IMG/VR virus record: IMGVR_UViG_3300035208_003016
DNA from: an uncultured virus (IMG/VR IMGVR_UViG_3300035208_003016)
Lineage: Duplodnaviria; Heunggongvirae; Uroviricota; Caudoviricetes
Length of the DNA stretch: 64,000 nt
Direction: 5' to 3' (one strand)
The notes beneath the pieces were generated by a model, which had not been told where the DNA came from, ran no database searches, and worked only from the letters and a program-made list of their open reading frames with translations. Shown here one piece after another: positions 20,007 through 29,543 of this stretch. Each line of letters begins with the position of its first letter. Position 1 is the first letter of the stretch. A program made the position numbers and the translations under genes.

Positions 20007-21938
20007 ATGTTTAAAAATTTAATTAGAATAATTATATTAATAACTTTAAGTAGTTTTAATATTAATGCCACCAGATACTATGTGGACAATGCTGCCGCTA
20101 ATGATGCAGGAACTGGTGCAGTAGGCAGTCCTAAAAAATATATTCCATCTGGCATTGCTTTATTATCGGCTTCTGGTGGAGATACTGTTGTTGTTAAAGA
20201 TGGGACGTATTCAGGTACAAGTAATCTAATTAATACATTCGTAAATGGTGTATCTGGAGCGTATAATACTTTAATGGCCGAAAATAGTGGAGGAGTTATA
20301 TCTACTGCGGGACTTCAATTTGTTAGGTCTACTTCTCCATATAGTTTTCAACAGTATATAATAATAAAAGGAATTAAATTTAGTAATTCTGCACCTAAAC
20401 AAGTACAAGGTCAACGTATAAAATTCTTTGAATGTGCTTTTCAAGGTGGTGCAGCAACTGACAATACCTCTACTGTAGAAGTTGGCACCGATAACTACAA
20501 TGATACTAGGTATATTTTGTTTGAAGATTGTTGGGCTTATGGTAGTGGAGGAAGATATAATTTTGAAATTTTCAATTCGGATACAATAGTAATGCGAAGA
20601 GTTGTAATTCGACATGATGGTGGCTGGACTGATTCGAAAGGTGATCCTGAAGCTGGGATTGCAAACTATAATAGTAGTTGTTGTGAGTATCAAAACTGTA
20701 TAGTTATAGACTGCGATCAGACATATCACACTTGGGGCAGGGCAGTATATACTATTTTTAATACATATTCAGAAGGAGCTGGTGGTATTCCACATCCAAC
20801 TAATAATGTAAATTATAGAGGTTGTATAATTTTGAATGTGGATGGTTCTGGATTTGAAAGCGATGGTGATGGAGCATCTCCACATCCAGCTACTGATATT
20901 ATATCAAATTACTATGATGTAGTATGTTGGAATTCGTTTGCAGGAGGTTTTTCTGGAGGTTCTACTGGTGGAACTACAATACTTACATTAAATCGATGTA
21001 CTTTCGGTGGGTCAGATAATTCAGGGGGTTGGACATCAGGTTTTGATAAGTGGGATAATGGATCTTTTACAATCACTAATACAATCTGTACAGGATATGA
21101 TGGTATAGACTTCTCTTCTGAATGTGCAGCAAGTTATTGTAACACATATAATAACTCTGATAATGGGACATGTTCTAATTGTCAAACATATAGTCCTTTC
21201 ACTAACGGTTTACTATATCCTATTAGAATTGAAGCAGGTAGTAATTTATTATCAGCTGGTCAATCTGGAGGACAAATTGGTGCTACTATAGTTAAAAGAA
21301 TGGGAACATCTGGAACCTTATGGGGAGAGAGTGGATATAATACTTTATCTGATGTAGATTTATGGCCGTGGCCCAATGAAGCAAGAATAAAAGCAGATAT
21401 GGCTGCGGTAAGTGCAAGAGGGTTTTGTACAGGTAATTCAATGAATGGACAAGCACAATCACTGACTAAATACATTTGGGAATATGCTGGAAATGAAGCT
21501 CCTTCATTCGGTTCTACTCCTGTAAAAGTAACTTGGGTAGGGGGTACTTCCACCAATGCTGCTTTAGCTGCTAATTACTCTCCAGCTCAAGCGCCTACCT
21601 CCATCGATACCATCTTACTTAATACTGGATCTGTTGATTTTGTAGTAGGGTCTGTTATTAATGTTGCGTATGTAAGTCAAGTCACCGGCTATACTGGAAC
21701 TTTTACCGTAAATGATACATTGAAAACTAATTATTTAGGGCTTGGCACATGTGCGGCAAGTTTTAATGCGCCTTGTGTTATAAAAGATTCTGTTGTTTAT
21801 GCAACTGCTTCTACCCCCACTGGAAATGCGGGAAGCAAGATAATATCTGTTGCTGGTAGTACGTTGAGAGTTAGGTTGAATGGTAATGTAGGAACACCGA
21901 GAGTAGTGATGACTTCAGGTAGTAAAATTAAATGGTAG
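20007..21938 (+). CDS. Signal-peptide-bearing right-handed beta-helix (pectin-lyase-like) protein A with shared C-terminal module
   Basis: Sec-like leader MFKNLIRIIILITLSSFNINA; YYVD..GND..G...SP..GDTVVVKDGTY; Cys/Asn ladder repeats. Confidence 0.75.
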   Translation: MFKNLIRIIILITLSSFNINATRYYVDNAAANDAGTGAVGSPKKYIPSGIALLSASGGDTVVVKDGTYSGTSNLINTFVNGVSGAYNTLMAENSGGVISTAGLQFVRSTSPYSFQQYIIIKGIKFSNSAPKQVQGQRIKFFECAFQGGAATDNTSTVEVGTDNYNDTRYILFEDCWAYGSGGRYNFEIFNSDTIVMRRVVIRHDGGWTDSKGDPEAGIANYNSSCCEYQNCIVIDCDQTYHTWGRAVYTIFNTYSEGAGGIPHPTNNVNYRGCIILNVDGSGFESDGDGASPHPATDIISNYYDVVCWNSFAGGFSGGSTGGTTILTLNRCTFGGSDNSGGWTSGFDKWDNGSFTITNTICTGYDGIDFSSECAASYCNTYNNSDNGTCSNCQTYSPFTNGLLYPIRIEAGSNLLSAGQSGGQIGATIVKRMGTSGTLWGESGYNTLSDVDLWPWPNEARIKADMAAVSARGFCTGNSMNGQAQSLTKYIWEYAGNEAPSFGSTPVKVTWVGGTSTNAALAANYSPAQAPTSIDTILLNTGSVDFVVGSVINVAYVSQVTGYTGTFTVNDTLKTNYLGLGTCAASFNAPCVIKDSVVYATASTPTGNAGSKIISVAGSTLRVRLNGNVGTPRVVMTSGSKIKW

Positions 21939-21952
21939 TTAAGGAATAATAT
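21492..21952 (+). repeat. Copy 1 of ~460-bp direct repeat (C-terminal module, stop and next RBS)
   Basis: Aligns at offset 2590 with 24082..24542, e.g. aatgctgctttagctgctaattactctccagctcaagcgcctac in both; most differences synonymous. Confidence 0.95.
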
Positions 21953-22636
21953 ATGGCACATGAAATAGCAGTATCAATTGAAACTTTACCTTCAACTATC
22001 TCAATCGATAAAAAAGGTAAACGGCATATTACGCACAGAAGAAGTGGGGACATTGTTGCTCCAATATCAGACTTTAAAAAGGTAGAAAAATGGCTTGAGA
22101 TAGTTTGTTCTTTCGGAAATCCAAAACACCCAAATCATGAGTTAATTTTTGATGGTTTAGTTAATAACTGCGATTGGAAGAAGAATAAACATGTAGATGG
22201 TGCAAAGGGTATCTGGAGTAAAGAGCTACAAGATAAATGGTTTGAAGCTGATTGTAAATCTTCTACAGAATATGATCGAATAGCTAACTTGACACGTCTA
22301 TGGAATAGCGAAATCAAACAGACTATCGGTTGGATAGATCATATGGGTAAGGAACCTAACGGTGTTGAAGATTTAGTTAATACTTGGCAATGGAGTAAAC
22401 ACGAAAAGTCAAACTTTTATGTAGTTGTTAATAGTGATGCAAATGAACAAGAGATGAAGGAATTATCAAATCGAGATATTAGTGACAGTACAGACGTAAG
22501 AGAAATTAGAAGGAAAAATATCGATTGGGAATCAGATTTGTTATTATCGAATAGTAAAAAAAATAATATTAAAAATAGAAATACTGTTGTACACCCCGAC
22601 TTTTCTAACCCTATGTCTAAGGTTAAAATATCATGA
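21953..22636 (+). CDS. Hypothetical protein, possible fibre assembly chaperone
   Basis: Charged 227-aa ORF between fibre-like genes; TAAGGA RBS. Confidence 0.4.
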   Translation: MAHEIAVSIETLPSTISIDKKGKRHITHRRSGDIVAPISDFKKVEKWLEIVCSFGNPKHPNHELIFDGLVNNCDWKKNKHVDGAKGIWSKELQDKWFEADCKSSTEYDRIANLTRLWNSEIKQTIGWIDHMGKEPNGVEDLVNTWQWSKHEKSNFYVVVNSDANEQEMKELSNRDISDSTDVREIRRKNIDWESDLLLSNSKKNNIKNRNTVVHPDFSNPMSKVKIS

Positions 22637-24528
22637 AAATTTTACAAACTTTTTTCCTGTTGCTGTTCTTTCTGGTGTCGATTGCGGATGCTGCGATACG
22701 GTACATCTCCCCCACCGGAAGCAACGCTGCTGCCGGAACAACTGGTGCTCCATGGAGGACGTTTGAATACGCATTCGGTGAGATTTCTGGTGGAGACACC
22801 TTGTATTTAAAGCCCGGCACATACTCAGAGGCTGCGGGGACCGGATACATATCGTGGGAAGGTACCGGATCTGGTCAACCACCATCCGGGGTATCGCGCA
22901 CGCACATGACGCTCGTTGCGGCCACGGTAGAGGATTCAACCTTTGTTACCGGAGTATTGTTTTTAGGGAGATCCGACAGAAAAGACACCTGTATTTACGT
23001 AAGGGGAATAACGTTTAACGGGGGCGTGCATCTTTACAATAACCGGCATTGTGTGGTTAAAAATTGCGGTGGTTATAATACATTGGAGAACGGTGGGGTA
23101 GTTTTTGAGATATCTCCTGACGGAGATCACCAAATGGGATGTACCAACAATTTGATCGAAGACTGTTGGGCGTGGGGGCAAAATAGGGGAATTGCATTAG
23201 ATTACATAGCGGATAGTAATACGTGGCGCAGGGTTGTAATACGCGGCGATGGATGCAACAGTGCCGCGTGTGTAGGGTCTGGAAACCCTAACGTTGGTAT
23301 ATCGTGTTACGCATCAAAGAGAGTTACTTTTCAAAATTTAATAATTGTCGATAGAGTGCTTGGCGGTGGTGAGCCGTATGCAAATTTTGCAACAGCGGAG
23401 CACGCACAGGGTAATCTTGGACCGCTAAAAGTCCAGGGGTGCATATCTTTAAACGGCCCGGATGAGGGGTACTATTTCGAGGCTGAAAACGCAAACGACA
23501 GTACATTTATAATAGAGAATTCCATTGCGTGGGACATGGCCGACGACGGATTTAGTTTACAAAATCATGCGTTCCCGCATACGATAATCAGGCGATGCAC
23601 CTCCGGTTATATAGGTGGCGACAACGCTTTTCGAACCGTTGAGGTTACAAGTGCGCTACTGGATAATTTACTTTCAATAAACGCGACAACGTACTCGTTT
23701 AGCTGTAATATCCAACCTCAGTACGTGTGTGCTTATAATGGCGGGACATACAATCAAACCACTCCGGCGCATCCGATAACGACAGACCCTGGGATGCGAT
23801 ACATTTGCAGGATAGAATCTAATAGCACTTGTCACGGAACCGGGTCGAATGGATCTGATATCGGGGCAAATATTTTATACCGATACGGTCTGGACGGTAC
23901 ATTTTTTGGGGAACCTGGGTATGACAGCCTAACCACGATATCGTTGTGGCCGTACCCAAATGAGGCCAGAATACGAAGGGATTTTCTACGGTACAATAAC
24001 GAATCTGACGAATCGCGAGGATTCTGTGATGATGCTGTTGCGGCGTCATTGACGGAGTACGTTTGGGAATACCAATATAGGAATGAGGCTCCTTCTTTTG
24101 GTGGATCTCCTGTTAAAATAACCTGGGTAGGTGGATCTTCGACCAATGCTGCTTTAGCTGCTAATTACTCTCCAGCTCAAGCGCCTACTTCAATTGATAC
24201 AATATTACTTAATACTGGATCTGTTGATTTTGTAGTAGGGTCTGTTCTTAATGTAGCGTATGTAAGTCAAGTCACTGGATATACTGGAATCGTTACCATT
24301 AATGATACATTGAAAACTAATTATTTAGGACTTGGAACATGTGTAGCGAGTTTTAATGCTCCTTGTGTCATTCGAGATTCTGTTGTTTATGCTTCAGAAT
24401 CTACACCCACTGGAAATGCAGGAAGTAAGATAATTTCTGTTTCAGGAAGTACGCTAAGAGTAAGGTTGAATGGTAATGTAGGGACACCAAGAGTAGTGAT
24501 GACTTCAGGTAGTAAAATTAAATGGTAA
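22633..24528 (+). CDS. Signal-peptide-bearing beta-helix protein B, paralog of 20007..21938, GC-rich N-terminal part
   Basis: Leader MKILQTFFLLLFFLVSIADA; YISPTGSN...PWRT...GGDTLYLKPGTY; shares EDCWAxG, RRVVIR.DG and LWP.PNEARI with protein A. Confidence 0.75.
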   Translation: MKILQTFFLLLFFLVSIADAAIRYISPTGSNAAAGTTGAPWRTFEYAFGEISGGDTLYLKPGTYSEAAGTGYISWEGTGSGQPPSGVSRTHMTLVAATVEDSTFVTGVLFLGRSDRKDTCIYVRGITFNGGVHLYNNRHCVVKNCGGYNTLENGGVVFEISPDGDHQMGCTNNLIEDCWAWGQNRGIALDYIADSNTWRRVVIRGDGCNSAACVGSGNPNVGISCYASKRVTFQNLIIVDRVLGGGEPYANFATAEHAQGNLGPLKVQGCISLNGPDEGYYFEAENANDSTFIIENSIAWDMADDGFSLQNHAFPHTIIRRCTSGYIGGDNAFRTVEVTSALLDNLLSINATTYSFSCNIQPQYVCAYNGGTYNQTTPAHPITTDPGMRYICRIESNSTCHGTGSNGSDIGANILYRYGLDGTFFGEPGYDSLTTISLWPYPNEARIRRDFLRYNNESDESRGFCDDAVAASLTEYVWEYQYRNEAPSFGGSPVKITWVGGSSTNAALAANYSPAQAPTSIDTILLNTGSVDFVVGSVLNVAYVSQVTGYTGIVTINDTLKTNYLGLGTCVASFNAPCVIRDSVVYASESTPTGNAGSKIISVSGSTLRVRLNGNVGTPRVVMTSGSKIKW

Positions 24529-24542
24529 CTAAGGAATAATAT
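24082..24542 (+). repeat. Copy 2 of ~460-bp direct repeat
   Basis: See 21492..21952; both end ...agtaaaattaaatggta...taaggaataatat. Confidence 0.95.
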
Positions 24543-24543
24543 A

Positions 24544-27500
24544 ATGCCAACATATGATATAGGTACTGGACAGACCTACACTACGATATCTGCGTGGGAA
24601 ACCGCCAGAGATATATCCCGGACAGAAGATGAGGTCGGCGAATGCCTTGCCGAACTCTTTAATGAAAACGTCAACTTTACCGGAGGGACGCCAAACGGAT
24701 ACTGGATGAAGCTGCGTGGCAAGGCTGGAGCGAGGCACGATGGCCGTGCTTACGAGGTCAGTAGTGTAGCCTGCGCCCGCATTTACCGCTCTGCAAATGC
24801 CACAACAGTAAACGTTGACGTCGGTGGCATAGAAATAGCATGGCTTGACATTAAAGGTCCGGGAAACTACACCCAGGACACCATCAGCCGTGCGGGTGAC
24901 TTAACTGCCGATGGCGATTTCAGGCTACATCATTGTATCATACATAACAACTTTGCAAATAATAACGGCTCTCAGGTAGCCATCACGATGTCGGATGATT
25001 CGGAAACGACGAATTACCGAATATATCGAAACCTCGTCTATGGCTTCGGTGGTGCTGGCATATTACCGTATCAGATTGGTGGTACTACAAAATACGTCTA
25101 TGCGTACCATAATACTTGTGCTTTATGTGGGCAAGTATTAGGTGAAACTGATGCTGGTGGTATTCAGAACAGTATGACAGAAAGTACCGCCTATTTTGAA
25201 AATAATGTCTCAGTTGGTCAACTAAATGTAGATTATTATGGAACAAATTACGGTAGCTGGGACAACAATGCTTCTGAGGATACTACAGGAGATTCTACTG
25301 GTGGTCCTGCTCATAATGTAGACCTTAGAAGTCTTAATCCAAGTGGTTTATTTCAGAACTATACAAGCACTTATGCGTCTATTGATCTACGCACAAAAGT
25401 AGATTCTGATTTAATTGGAATGGGTGATACAACTTATTCTACTACCGATTTTCCTGAAATAGACATACCAATTACTGGTGGTGATGCTATTACAGGAACA
25501 TGGGATATAGGAGCAGATCAATATGCAGAGGCTGTAAATACCGCAAGTAATTCTCCTTCTACTTCACCATCAAGTAGCGCAAGTAATAGCCCTTCTACTT
25601 CACCAAGCCCAAGTAATTCACCAAGTAATTCTTTATCTACAAGTGCTTCAAATAGTCCTTCTAGTTCAGTTTCAAATTCACTAAGTAACTCACCAAGTAC
25701 ATCTATATCAATTAGTCCTTCTACAAGTGAGTCAAGTTCACCATCTCCATCAAATAGTCCATCTACTTCTCCCAGTCCTGGAATTAGTGCTTCTAATTCA
25801 CCAAGCACATCTTTAAGTAATTCTTTATCAGATAGCCCTTCTTCTTCGTTATCAAGTTCTATTAGTAGTAGTCCGTCTCCTTCTAATAGTGCAAGTGAAT
25901 CACCTAGTACATCTTTAAGTGAAAGCCCATCAACAAGTTTATCAAGTAGTATTAGTAATTCTTTGTCTAGTAGTCCATCTACTTCTCCAAGTAGTAGTCC
26001 ACCTGAATTTAGCCTAATATCTTATTCTGATGATTATGATAATAATGCTATTCTTTATACACAAGAATTGTTCACTGTTCAAGAAAATGATTTATTAGTT
26101 GGTGTATGTATGTGGGAAGAGAGTAGTAGGACACCAATCTTACAAGAAAATACTTTAGCTTATAATTTTACAATGTTAGATGTTATTACAAATGCTAACA
26201 GTACAAATGTAAGATTTGGTTATCATGTTGTAACTTCTGCGGAGGCTGGAACTGGGATTAGATATAGAGCAGATTATGGTTCTATTACATCATTAGCCAC
26301 AATTTCTGTTTATTTATTTAGACCAACTTCAGGTATCCCAGAAATAGAAGTGTTTGGTTCTGGAATTGGAACTGGAACATCTCCACAAACCAATAGTATA
26401 TCTACAGCAGGGCCTTCTGTAATTGTAGCTGCATTAGATTGTTATGGCGGAGGAGTTAGTAATCAACAAATTAATTTAACTACTCCTGATACAATTTATA
26501 CTTTAAGTTCAGATGAATCTACTTTTTATACAACTGAAACTTCTCTTTTATCCAATATTTATGCATCTGCTACATGCTCTAATGATGCGTGGGCAATGGG
26601 AATTATTGCTTTTAAAGTTTCTTCGGGAGGAAGTAGCGCCTCAAGTTCACCATCTACTAGTGAATCAAGTTCACCGAGTCCTAGTACATCCGTATCAAAC
26701 AGTGTATCAAGTAGTTTATCAAATAGTGCCAGTGAATCTCCATCAAGTTCATTAAGTAATTCATTATCAGATAGCCCGAGTAGTAGCGAATCCTCTTCTA
26801 TTTCAAATAGTCCATCACCAAGTTTATCACCTTCTAATAGTGCATCTGATTCTCCAAGTAATAGCGAATCAAGTTCTCCTTCTTCGAGTATAAGTTCAAG
26901 TATATCAAGCAGTGTTAGTAATTCACCATCAACATCTCCTAGTCCTTCAAATTCACCAAGTTCATCTATAAGTAGTTCTATTTCTAACAGTGCTAGTACA
27001 AGTCCTAGTTATAGTTTATCTAATAGTCCAAGTACCTCTATTTCTAATTCAAGTAGTAATAGTCCATCACCTAGTAATTCATTATCAAGTTCAGTATCAT
27101 CAAGTCTTTCAACAAGTCCTTCTACTTCATTAAGCAATAGTATTTCTAATTCACTTTCTTCGAGTATATCTTCGTCTCCAAGTAATAGTCCTAGTCCAAG
27201 CAATAGTCCATCTATTTCAGAATCGAATAGTCCTTCTACGTCTATTAGTAATAGTGCTTCAAGTTCCCCTTCGAGTTCACCTAGTCCAAGCAATTCTTTA
27301 AGCAATAGTCCATCTTTAAGTCCAAGTATTTCGTTGAGTAATTCACCATCTACTTCGCCTTCTCCATCAAGTTCTGTTTCTAATTCACCAAGTCCAGGAA
27401 ATAGTGCTAGTAACAGTCCATCTAGTTCAGAATCTAATTCACCAAGTAATTCTTTAAGTACATCTATATCAAATAGTGCTTCAAATTCACCATCGCCAAG

Positions 27501-29526
27501 TAACAGTCCTTCTACCTCGTTGAGTAGTTCTATTTCTAATAGTATGTCTAGTTCACCTTCAAATTCATTAAGTAATAGTCTAAGTAATAGTGCGAGTAGT
27601 AGTGCAAGTAATAGTCCTTCACCAAGTAACTCTGTTAGTAATTCATTAAGTAGTTCACCTTCTACTTCAATAAGTAATAGTACTTCAAATAGTCCTTCAA
27701 GTAGTGCAAGCTCGTCACCAAGTCCTTCATACAGTTTAAGTAATAGTCCAAGTATAAGTACGTCTAATTCACCTAGTACTTCACCTTCTCCTTCGCATTC
27801 ACCAAGTACAAGTCCAAGTAGTTCTATTTCTAATTCTATAAGTACTAGTATCTCAACTAGTGTTTCTAATAGTGTAAGTAGTAGTATTAGTACGTCGCCT
27901 TCTACATCACCAAGTGGTGGTACTGAACATATTACTCAAATGACATATTATCCTGGTCCTGGTGATGCGGAGTTTGATGTAGATACTACTTATATAATTG
28001 ATACATATGTTTCAGGTGAATGGAATGGTACGTCTGGAAATTTAGTTAATTTTTATAGTAGTGCAAGTGGAGTTCAATCGACATTAGATTTACAAACTAT
28101 TGGTAACGTTAATGTATCTTATATGACTTTTAGAGATATAGAAATTATTAATGGTACTATAACTGCAGATTATACGTGTGATGGTAGTTCTTGGAATAAT
28201 TCAGGAATAATTTTTTCAAATAATTCTCCTTCAACATCTATAAGTAGTTCAATTTCTAATAGTTATTCTTCAAGTCCAAGTAATTCACTTTCTAATAGTA
28301 TTTCTAATTCATTATCAACTAGTAGTTCTAATAGTCCAAGTACAAGTATATCTAGTTCTCCAAGTCCTAGTAATTCACCATCACCATCATTGTCTCCTAG
28401 TAATAGTGTTAGTTCTAGTTTAAGTAATTCATTGAGTAGTTCAGAATCAAATAGTCCTTCAACATCACCAAGTCCAAGCAATAGCCCTTCTAGTTCTATT
28501 AGTTCAAGTTTAAGTAATAGTTTGAGTAGTAGTCTGTCAAATAGTCCAAGTACTTCTGTTTCTAATTCACTTAGTGAATCTGTATCAAATAGTTTATCAA
28601 ATTCACCTAGTTCTTCACCAAGTCCAAGTAGTAGTGTAAGTAATAGTCCAAGTGAAGGAAATAGTGCATCTCAATCACCTTCGACTAGTCCTAGTCCTTC
28701 AAGTAGTATTAGTAATAGTATTTCTTCAAGTATTAGTAATAGTGCTAGTAATAGTCCTAGTCCTTCTATTTCACCTAGTAATAGTGAAAGTTCTAGTGTA
28801 AGTAATAGTCCATCAATAAGTGTTTCTAGTTCTATTAGTAGTAGTCCTTCTCCAAGTAATTCAATTAGTAATAGTCTAAGTAGTAGTGCTAGTACAAGTC
28901 TATCATCTAGTGTAAGTTCAAGTTTAAGTAATAGTATATCTACTAGTTTATCATCAAGTGTTTCTAGTTCACCAAGTCCTAGTAATAGTCCATCTAGTTC
29001 AATTTCTAGTAGTCTAAGTAATAGTGCTAGTTCTAGTATTTCTAGTTCTCCATCATCTAGTCCAAGTATTAGTTCTAGTCCAAGTTCTAGTAGAAGTAGT
29101 TCAGTTTCAAATAGTCTTAGTCAAAGTCCTTCAAGTAGTATTTCACATAGTCTTAGTAGTTCAGTTAGTCATAGTCCTTCATCAAGTCCAAGCTTAGGAG
29201 ATCTAGATTATATATTAATTTTTCCAGAAACTGCATTAATTCCAGTTAGAGCACAACTTTTATTTATTGCAAAAGGCTATACTGAATATGATGTAGAAAT
29301 ACATGGACTTACTTTTGTTTGGTCAACAACACTTGGACAAGTTATTAATAGTTCAACTGGATTATTTACTGCTGGAAGTTTTGCTGGTGGACCTTATGAA
29401 GTAACTGCTACAATTGGATCAATAAGTACTACTGCATATGTTACAGTATTTGAATTAAATAACACTCATAGGCGAAGAAGATTACTTCCAATTTTTCTTC
29501 AGTTTTGTGAACGTAAACGTAGATAA
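24544..29526 (+). CDS. 1660-aa serine-rich-repeat (mucin/SRRP-like) virion protein: beta-helix head, three S-x-S-x tracts, two spacer domains, C-terminal Ig-like domain and basic tail
   Basis: Head IGTGQTYTTISAWE...WDIGADQY; Ser at alternating positions over about 900 aa; Big_2-like C-terminus (FVWST...TGLFTA...VTATIGSISTTAYVTV); tail HRRRRLLPIFLQFCERKRR. Confidence 0.75.
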   Translation: MPTYDIGTGQTYTTISAWETARDISRTEDEVGECLAELFNENVNFTGGTPNGYWMKLRGKAGARHDGRAYEVSSVACARIYRSANATTVNVDVGGIEIAWLDIKGPGNYTQDTISRAGDLTADGDFRLHHCIIHNNFANNNGSQVAITMSDDSETTNYRIYRNLVYGFGGAGILPYQIGGTTKYVYAYHNTCALCGQVLGETDAGGIQNSMTESTAYFENNVSVGQLNVDYYGTNYGSWDNNASEDTTGDSTGGPAHNVDLRSLNPSGLFQNYTSTYASIDLRTKVDSDLIGMGDTTYSTTDFPEIDIPITGGDAITGTWDIGADQYAEAVNTASNSPSTSPSSSASNSPSTSPSPSNSPSNSLSTSASNSPSSSVSNSLSNSPSTSISISPSTSESSSPSPSNSPSTSPSPGISASNSPSTSLSNSLSDSPSSSLSSSISSSPSPSNSASESPSTSLSESPSTSLSSSISNSLSSSPSTSPSSSPPEFSLISYSDDYDNNAILYTQELFTVQENDLLVGVCMWEESSRTPILQENTLAYNFTMLDVITNANSTNVRFGYHVVTSAEAGTGIRYRADYGSITSLATISVYLFRPTSGIPEIEVFGSGIGTGTSPQTNSISTAGPSVIVAALDCYGGGVSNQQINLTTPDTIYTLSSDESTFYTTETSLLSNIYASATCSNDAWAMGIIAFKVSSGGSSASSSPSTSESSSPSPSTSVSNSVSSSLSNSASESPSSSLSNSLSDSPSSSESSSISNSPSPSLSPSNSASDSPSNSESSSPSSSISSSISSSVSNSPSTSPSPSNSPSSSISSSISNSASTSPSYSLSNSPSTSISNSSSNSPSPSNSLSSSVSSSLSTSPSTSLSNSISNSLSSSISSSPSNSPSPSNSPSISESNSPSTSISNSASSSPSSSPSPSNSLSNSPSLSPSISLSNSPSTSPSPSSSVSNSPSPGNSASNSPSSSESNSPSNSLSTSISNSASNSPSPSNSPSTSLSSSISNSMSSSPSNSLSNSLSNSASSSASNSPSPSNSVSNSLSSSPSTSISNSTSNSPSSSASSSPSPSYSLSNSPSISTSNSPSTSPSPSHSPSTSPSSSISNSISTSISTSVSNSVSSSISTSPSTSPSGGTEHITQMTYYPGPGDAEFDVDTTYIIDTYVSGEWNGTSGNLVNFYSSASGVQSTLDLQTIGNVNVSYMTFRDIEIINGTITADYTCDGSSWNNSGIIFSNNSPSTSISSSISNSYSSSPSNSLSNSISNSLSTSSSNSPSTSISSSPSPSNSPSPSLSPSNSVSSSLSNSLSSSESNSPSTSPSPSNSPSSSISSSLSNSLSSSLSNSPSTSVSNSLSESVSNSLSNSPSSSPSPSSSVSNSPSEGNSASQSPSTSPSPSSSISNSISSSISNSASNSPSPSISPSNSESSSVSNSPSISVSSSISSSPSPSNSISNSLSSSASTSLSSSVSSSLSNSISTSLSSSVSSSPSPSNSPSSSISSSLSNSASSSISSSPSSSPSISSSPSSSRSSSVSNSLSQSPSSSISHSLSSSVSHSPSSSPSLGDLDYILIFPETALIPVRAQLLFIAKGYTEYDVEIHGLTFVWSTTLGQVINSSTGLFTAGSFAGGPYEVTATIGSISTTAYVTVFELNNTHRRRRLLPIFLQFCERKRR
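25541..26001 (+). repeat. Serine-rich repeat tract 1 (S-[PLIVAE]-S-[NST])n
   Basis: Translation SNSPSTSPSSSASNSPS...; codons mixed AGT/TCT/TCA. Confidence 0.9.
26632..27915 (+). repeat. Serine-rich repeat tract 2
   Basis: About 430 aa of the same degenerate repeat. Confidence 0.9.
28219..29193 (+). repeat. Serine-rich repeat tract 3
   Basis: About 325 aa of the same degenerate repeat. Confidence 0.9.
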
Positions 29527-29543
29527 TTTTTTAGGAGATAATA

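Noticed and set aside
21492..24542. DGR template/variable repeat pair or invertible shufflon
   Set aside because: Differences are mostly synonymous and not adenine-specific, both copies are coding direct repeats, and no reverse transcriptase or invertase is in the window.
22623..24738. Several minus-strand ORFs over the GC-rich genes
   Set aside because: Shadow ORFs caused by locally fewer stop codons; no RBS or recognisable motifs.
25518..28481. Antisense Leu/Gly/Glu-rich ORFs at 25518, 27009 and 28263
   Set aside because: Mirror products of the Ser-repeat codons on the opposite strand.
25541..29193. CRISPR array or DNA tandem repeat
   Set aside because: No fixed repeat-spacer unit; the periodicity is at amino-acid level with degenerate codons.
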